Shown: positions 61,101 through 63,971 of the stretch, piece by piece | Position numbering within the stretch: position 1 is the first letter of the stretch | Layout: each line of letters starts with the position of its first letter | DNA from: Guillardia theta CCMP2712 | Lineage: Eukaryota > Protista > Cryptophyta | Reading direction: 5' to 3' | DNA length: 63,971 nt | Assembly (NCBI RefSeq): GCF_000315625.1 | Contig: NW_005434616.1 | Span: 248,001 to 311,971, forward strand | Made by a program: the position numbers and the translations under genes | The notes under the pieces: generated by a model | The model's database searches: none | What the model saw: only the letters and a program-made list of their open reading frames with translations | Told to the model about the DNA's origin: nothing

Positions 61101-61693
61101 GCAAAAGCTGCGGGTCTGCATACAGCTCTTCAGAATCAGGGGCAGTCAGACTAGGAGTACTTGTTCGGGCTATGGTCGATTGCTCGTTTGTAACAGATGT
61201 TTGCAACCCAAAAGTCTTGTTTCGACGTTGCGAGATCTCCCATCAACAGCATTCGCATGTACACGTTTTCTTCCAAACTTTCATGCTCTTCCAAATGATT
61301 GATGACGGTCCTGAGAAGGGAAAGGATTGGTTGATAAAAACTGCTTCTTGTTATCATTTGGAAACACCTTATCTTTACCAGCGATCTCTTCCTGCTGCTT
61401 GTCCTGACGGAAAAGAACGCAAAGAAAAGATTCCCGACATCGATTGTGACGTTAGCCGCTGTCGTAGAGTTTGCATTTGCAGGAAAACCTGAGGAGGAAA
61501 GTCAAATGGAGGGAGAAACGACGACAAAAAACACGAGTAAGACAAAGAATGCAGACAAGGACGAGGACGAGGACAAGGACAAGGACAAGGACGAGGACAA
61601 GGACAAGGACAAGGACGAGGGCGAGGGCGAGGGCGAGGACGAGGGCGAGGACGAGGACGAGGACGAGGATGAGGGCGAGGGCGAGGGCGAGGG

Positions 61694-61771
<78 letters not shown>

Positions 61772-62530
61772 AGAGGACGACGGAGGAGGACGAGGAGAAA
61801 AGATGCAAAGAACACATTGACCTCTACCTTCCAACTGGCTCTTCCCTTGACATGCTGCGAAGTCTCCCACGTACTTCACGTCCAGCTCCAGCTCAGCAGG
61901 GTGGATTCTGTCAACGCTCATGGAGATGGAGTAGCTGGAAGTCGACTTGGAGGAGGAGACGTCGAGGACAGGGACGGCAAGGACGACTGGCGTCGCCTGT
62001 GGCAGCACATAGGTGACGGCACCCTCCTCCACCAGAGAGCTTCGGAGGATGAAGGAAACCTGGTAGGCTCCGCGCTCAGTGGCCAGGATGGTGAGGTAGA
62101 GCATCCTGCTCTGGAAGAGGTCGAGGCGGCAGGGGTCCGTTACAAGATCGGCAACACCAACTGCGTCCTCACATCGGCACATGGAGCTGCTGGGGTCGGT
62201 GACGGAACTGTCTTGGTTCAGCAGTGCTGTGAAGGGGGCAGCCGCTGGGGACCGGACCTGTACCACGAGGTACGAGTATCTCCCCAGCATGAGGGCAGGG
62301 TGCGCGTTCCCTGGGTGCGTGTGCCTGTAGAGGCTGTGGATGTCCACTTGCTGCCTGCACGGTGCTCCTCCTCCCTCACATTCGAGGCTCTGATAAGCCT
62401 CCAGGTGCTCGGTGCCTTCAACTGCCTCCCCGAAGGGAGTGGAGCAGCGAGCATATGAAGCAAGGAGGAGGAGGAGGAGGAGAGAGCGGAAGATGTTACC
62501 GCCACGGCGCGAGCCAGCGACATGCTCCAT
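58150..62530 (-). CDS. Hypothetical secreted protein with TPR-like helical repeats, multi-exon
   Basis: Signal-like RSLLLLLLLASYARC in the long first exon. TPR-like exons LLMGDLATSKQDFWVANICYKRAIDHSP and LWNAAMILEKNG|AVDKLEELY. 3' end very uncertain. Confidence 0.55.
61553..61770. repeat. Intronic hexanucleotide repeat (GACAAG/GACGAG/GGCGAG)n
   Basis: Directly visible. It generates low-complexity ORFs in all frames. Confidence 0.92.
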
Positions 62531-62790
62531 GCCCGCTAGCTCGCAAGTCTCATCCTTTCCCGCCTCCCGTTGCGCCCCGCTGCCATGGGAAGAGCCCCCG
62601 ACACTGAGGCAGGCTCGAGGAAATTTACATGGCCAAGGATGTCGGGTTGACCATGCGAGGAGGAGGAGGAGGAGGAGGAGGAGGAGAGGCAGGCGAGGGG
62701 GCAGGAGGATCGACGGGGTGGAGAGGTGAGCAGGGATCAGAGAGGAGGCAGCATGACGGCTATGGCGAGCCGGATGAAGCGCAGGAGAAG

Positions 62791-63971
62791 ATGACATGGG
62801 AGGATAGAGTATGGTTCCCAATCTTCACCTCTGTGTTCTTCGGCATGTTCTTCTATGCAGGAGTGAAGAACGTCCACTGGAGGACGATGGTGGTGGAGAG
62901 GAGGATGTTCGTGAAGGATCTATCCCGCGGCTGGTTCCTTGGGCTCCCTCAAGACCTCTCTGACCCTCAGTGGAAGACCCTGCGCAAGTTCTTTCCTCTG
63001 CTGTTCTCCCTGCTCGTGGGACACGTGCTGGCGTCAAAACTTGCTCGGACGACCTTCTGCAAGGGGAGCAGCAAGAGTTTGAGCAACTTCCATGCAGCCG
63101 TCAACTTGATCTTCGTTATCATCCTACATGGTTTCAAGATCTGCCTTCTTTCACCCTCCTCCTCGTTCCTCGTTCCTTCCTCCTTCCTCCTTCCTCCTTC
63201 CTCCTTCCTCCTTCCTCCTTCCTCCTTCCTCCTTCCTCCTTCCTCCTTACCCATCCTTCCTTACTCATCTTTCCCTCCTACACCCTCCTCCGTTTTCTTC
63301 CTCCCTCCTCCCTCCTGACTCATCCCTCCCTCCTGCTCCCTCCTCCTTGCTCCTTGCTCCCCTCTACTCCCTCCCTCCCTTCCTCTCTGACACCTCGAAG
63401 GACCCAAGGTCGTGTGGCCCCTGCTGACCAACATCACCGTCTTTCTGATCGGCCAGCATTTCCGAGGCTCCATTATGAATCCTGTGCTGCCCCAACCTGT
63501 CGCGGAATCTTAACTTGACTGCTTCTCAGGTGCTGACGTGGCTGGTCTGCCTGCTAGTTCTCTTCAGCTCCGACTACTACGGAGGGTTCGAGACTGTCAG
63601 GTTGGCTCCGATGTTCGGCTCCCTGCTCAGTTTCTGGGACGATTTCTCGGGCCTTTACAGGTAATGGTTACCCTCTTGTCGTCGTGAGCGCCTGTTGGCC
63701 AATCACCAGTTGCTTCTCCGACGTTTGCTGGTTCATCATCATCCGGTTATAGGCGGCAACTTTCCAAGTGTTGCCGGTGGTGATGTAAGCGTTCCAAACC
63801 TGAAGAAACGAGTCAGGTGGAAGAGAGCAGAACCGCCGAGGTGCCTCCACCTTTCTCAGGGTCGTCAAGGTCAGTCTCTCCCTCGTTCATCTCGTCCACT
63901 TCCTTCCAGAACGTGGGGTGTTCCTCCCGCCAGTCAGGCAGCACCAGGCCTCTGTTTTCGTCTCTCTTCTG
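62791..63971 (+). CDS. MBOAT-family acyltransferase, GUP1/HHAT-like (5' part, runs off window)
   Basis: LSRGWFLGLPQDLSDPQWKTLR, ILHG and VLTW N-terminal motifs typical of GUP1/HHAT-like proteins, with multiple TM segments. Confidence 0.78.

Overview
Eukaryotic nuclear DNA. It is gene-dense with many short GT-AG introns (about 45-75 nt), microsatellite-filled introns and three 100-N assembly gaps. Bipartite plastid presequences (signal peptide ending AxA then F/Y), the RWP-RK genes and the intron style suggest an alga with a secondary red plastid, most likely a cryptophyte such as Guillardia (inference). Manual splicing gives about 21 genes: DHHC palmitoyltransferase, plastid ascorbate peroxidase, two RWP-RK factors, a 6-exon Rieske ferredoxin, GT8 and GT31-like glycosyltransferases, a single-domain voltage-gated cation channel, a DOT1-like methyltransferase, a beta-helix protein, an aldo-keto reductase, a DHU1-like LRR-WD40 protein, an AT-hook protein, a divergent ammonium transporter, an alpha-kinase-like/PDZ protein, a thylakoid-lumen protein, an N4/N6-methyltransferase-like protein, an epsin, a TPR protein, an MBOAT and two weakly supported hypothetical genes. 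The Rieske ferredoxin and the ammonium transporter are essentially invisible in the ORF track. The main unexplained structure is a recurring class of non-coding islands upstream of gene starts, built from ACCC/GGGT(AC) tracts and palindrome-rich GGGCCC/CCCGGG cores. I recognised no RNA gene, transposase or CRISPR array. All exon structures were read by eye, so several gene ends are approximate.
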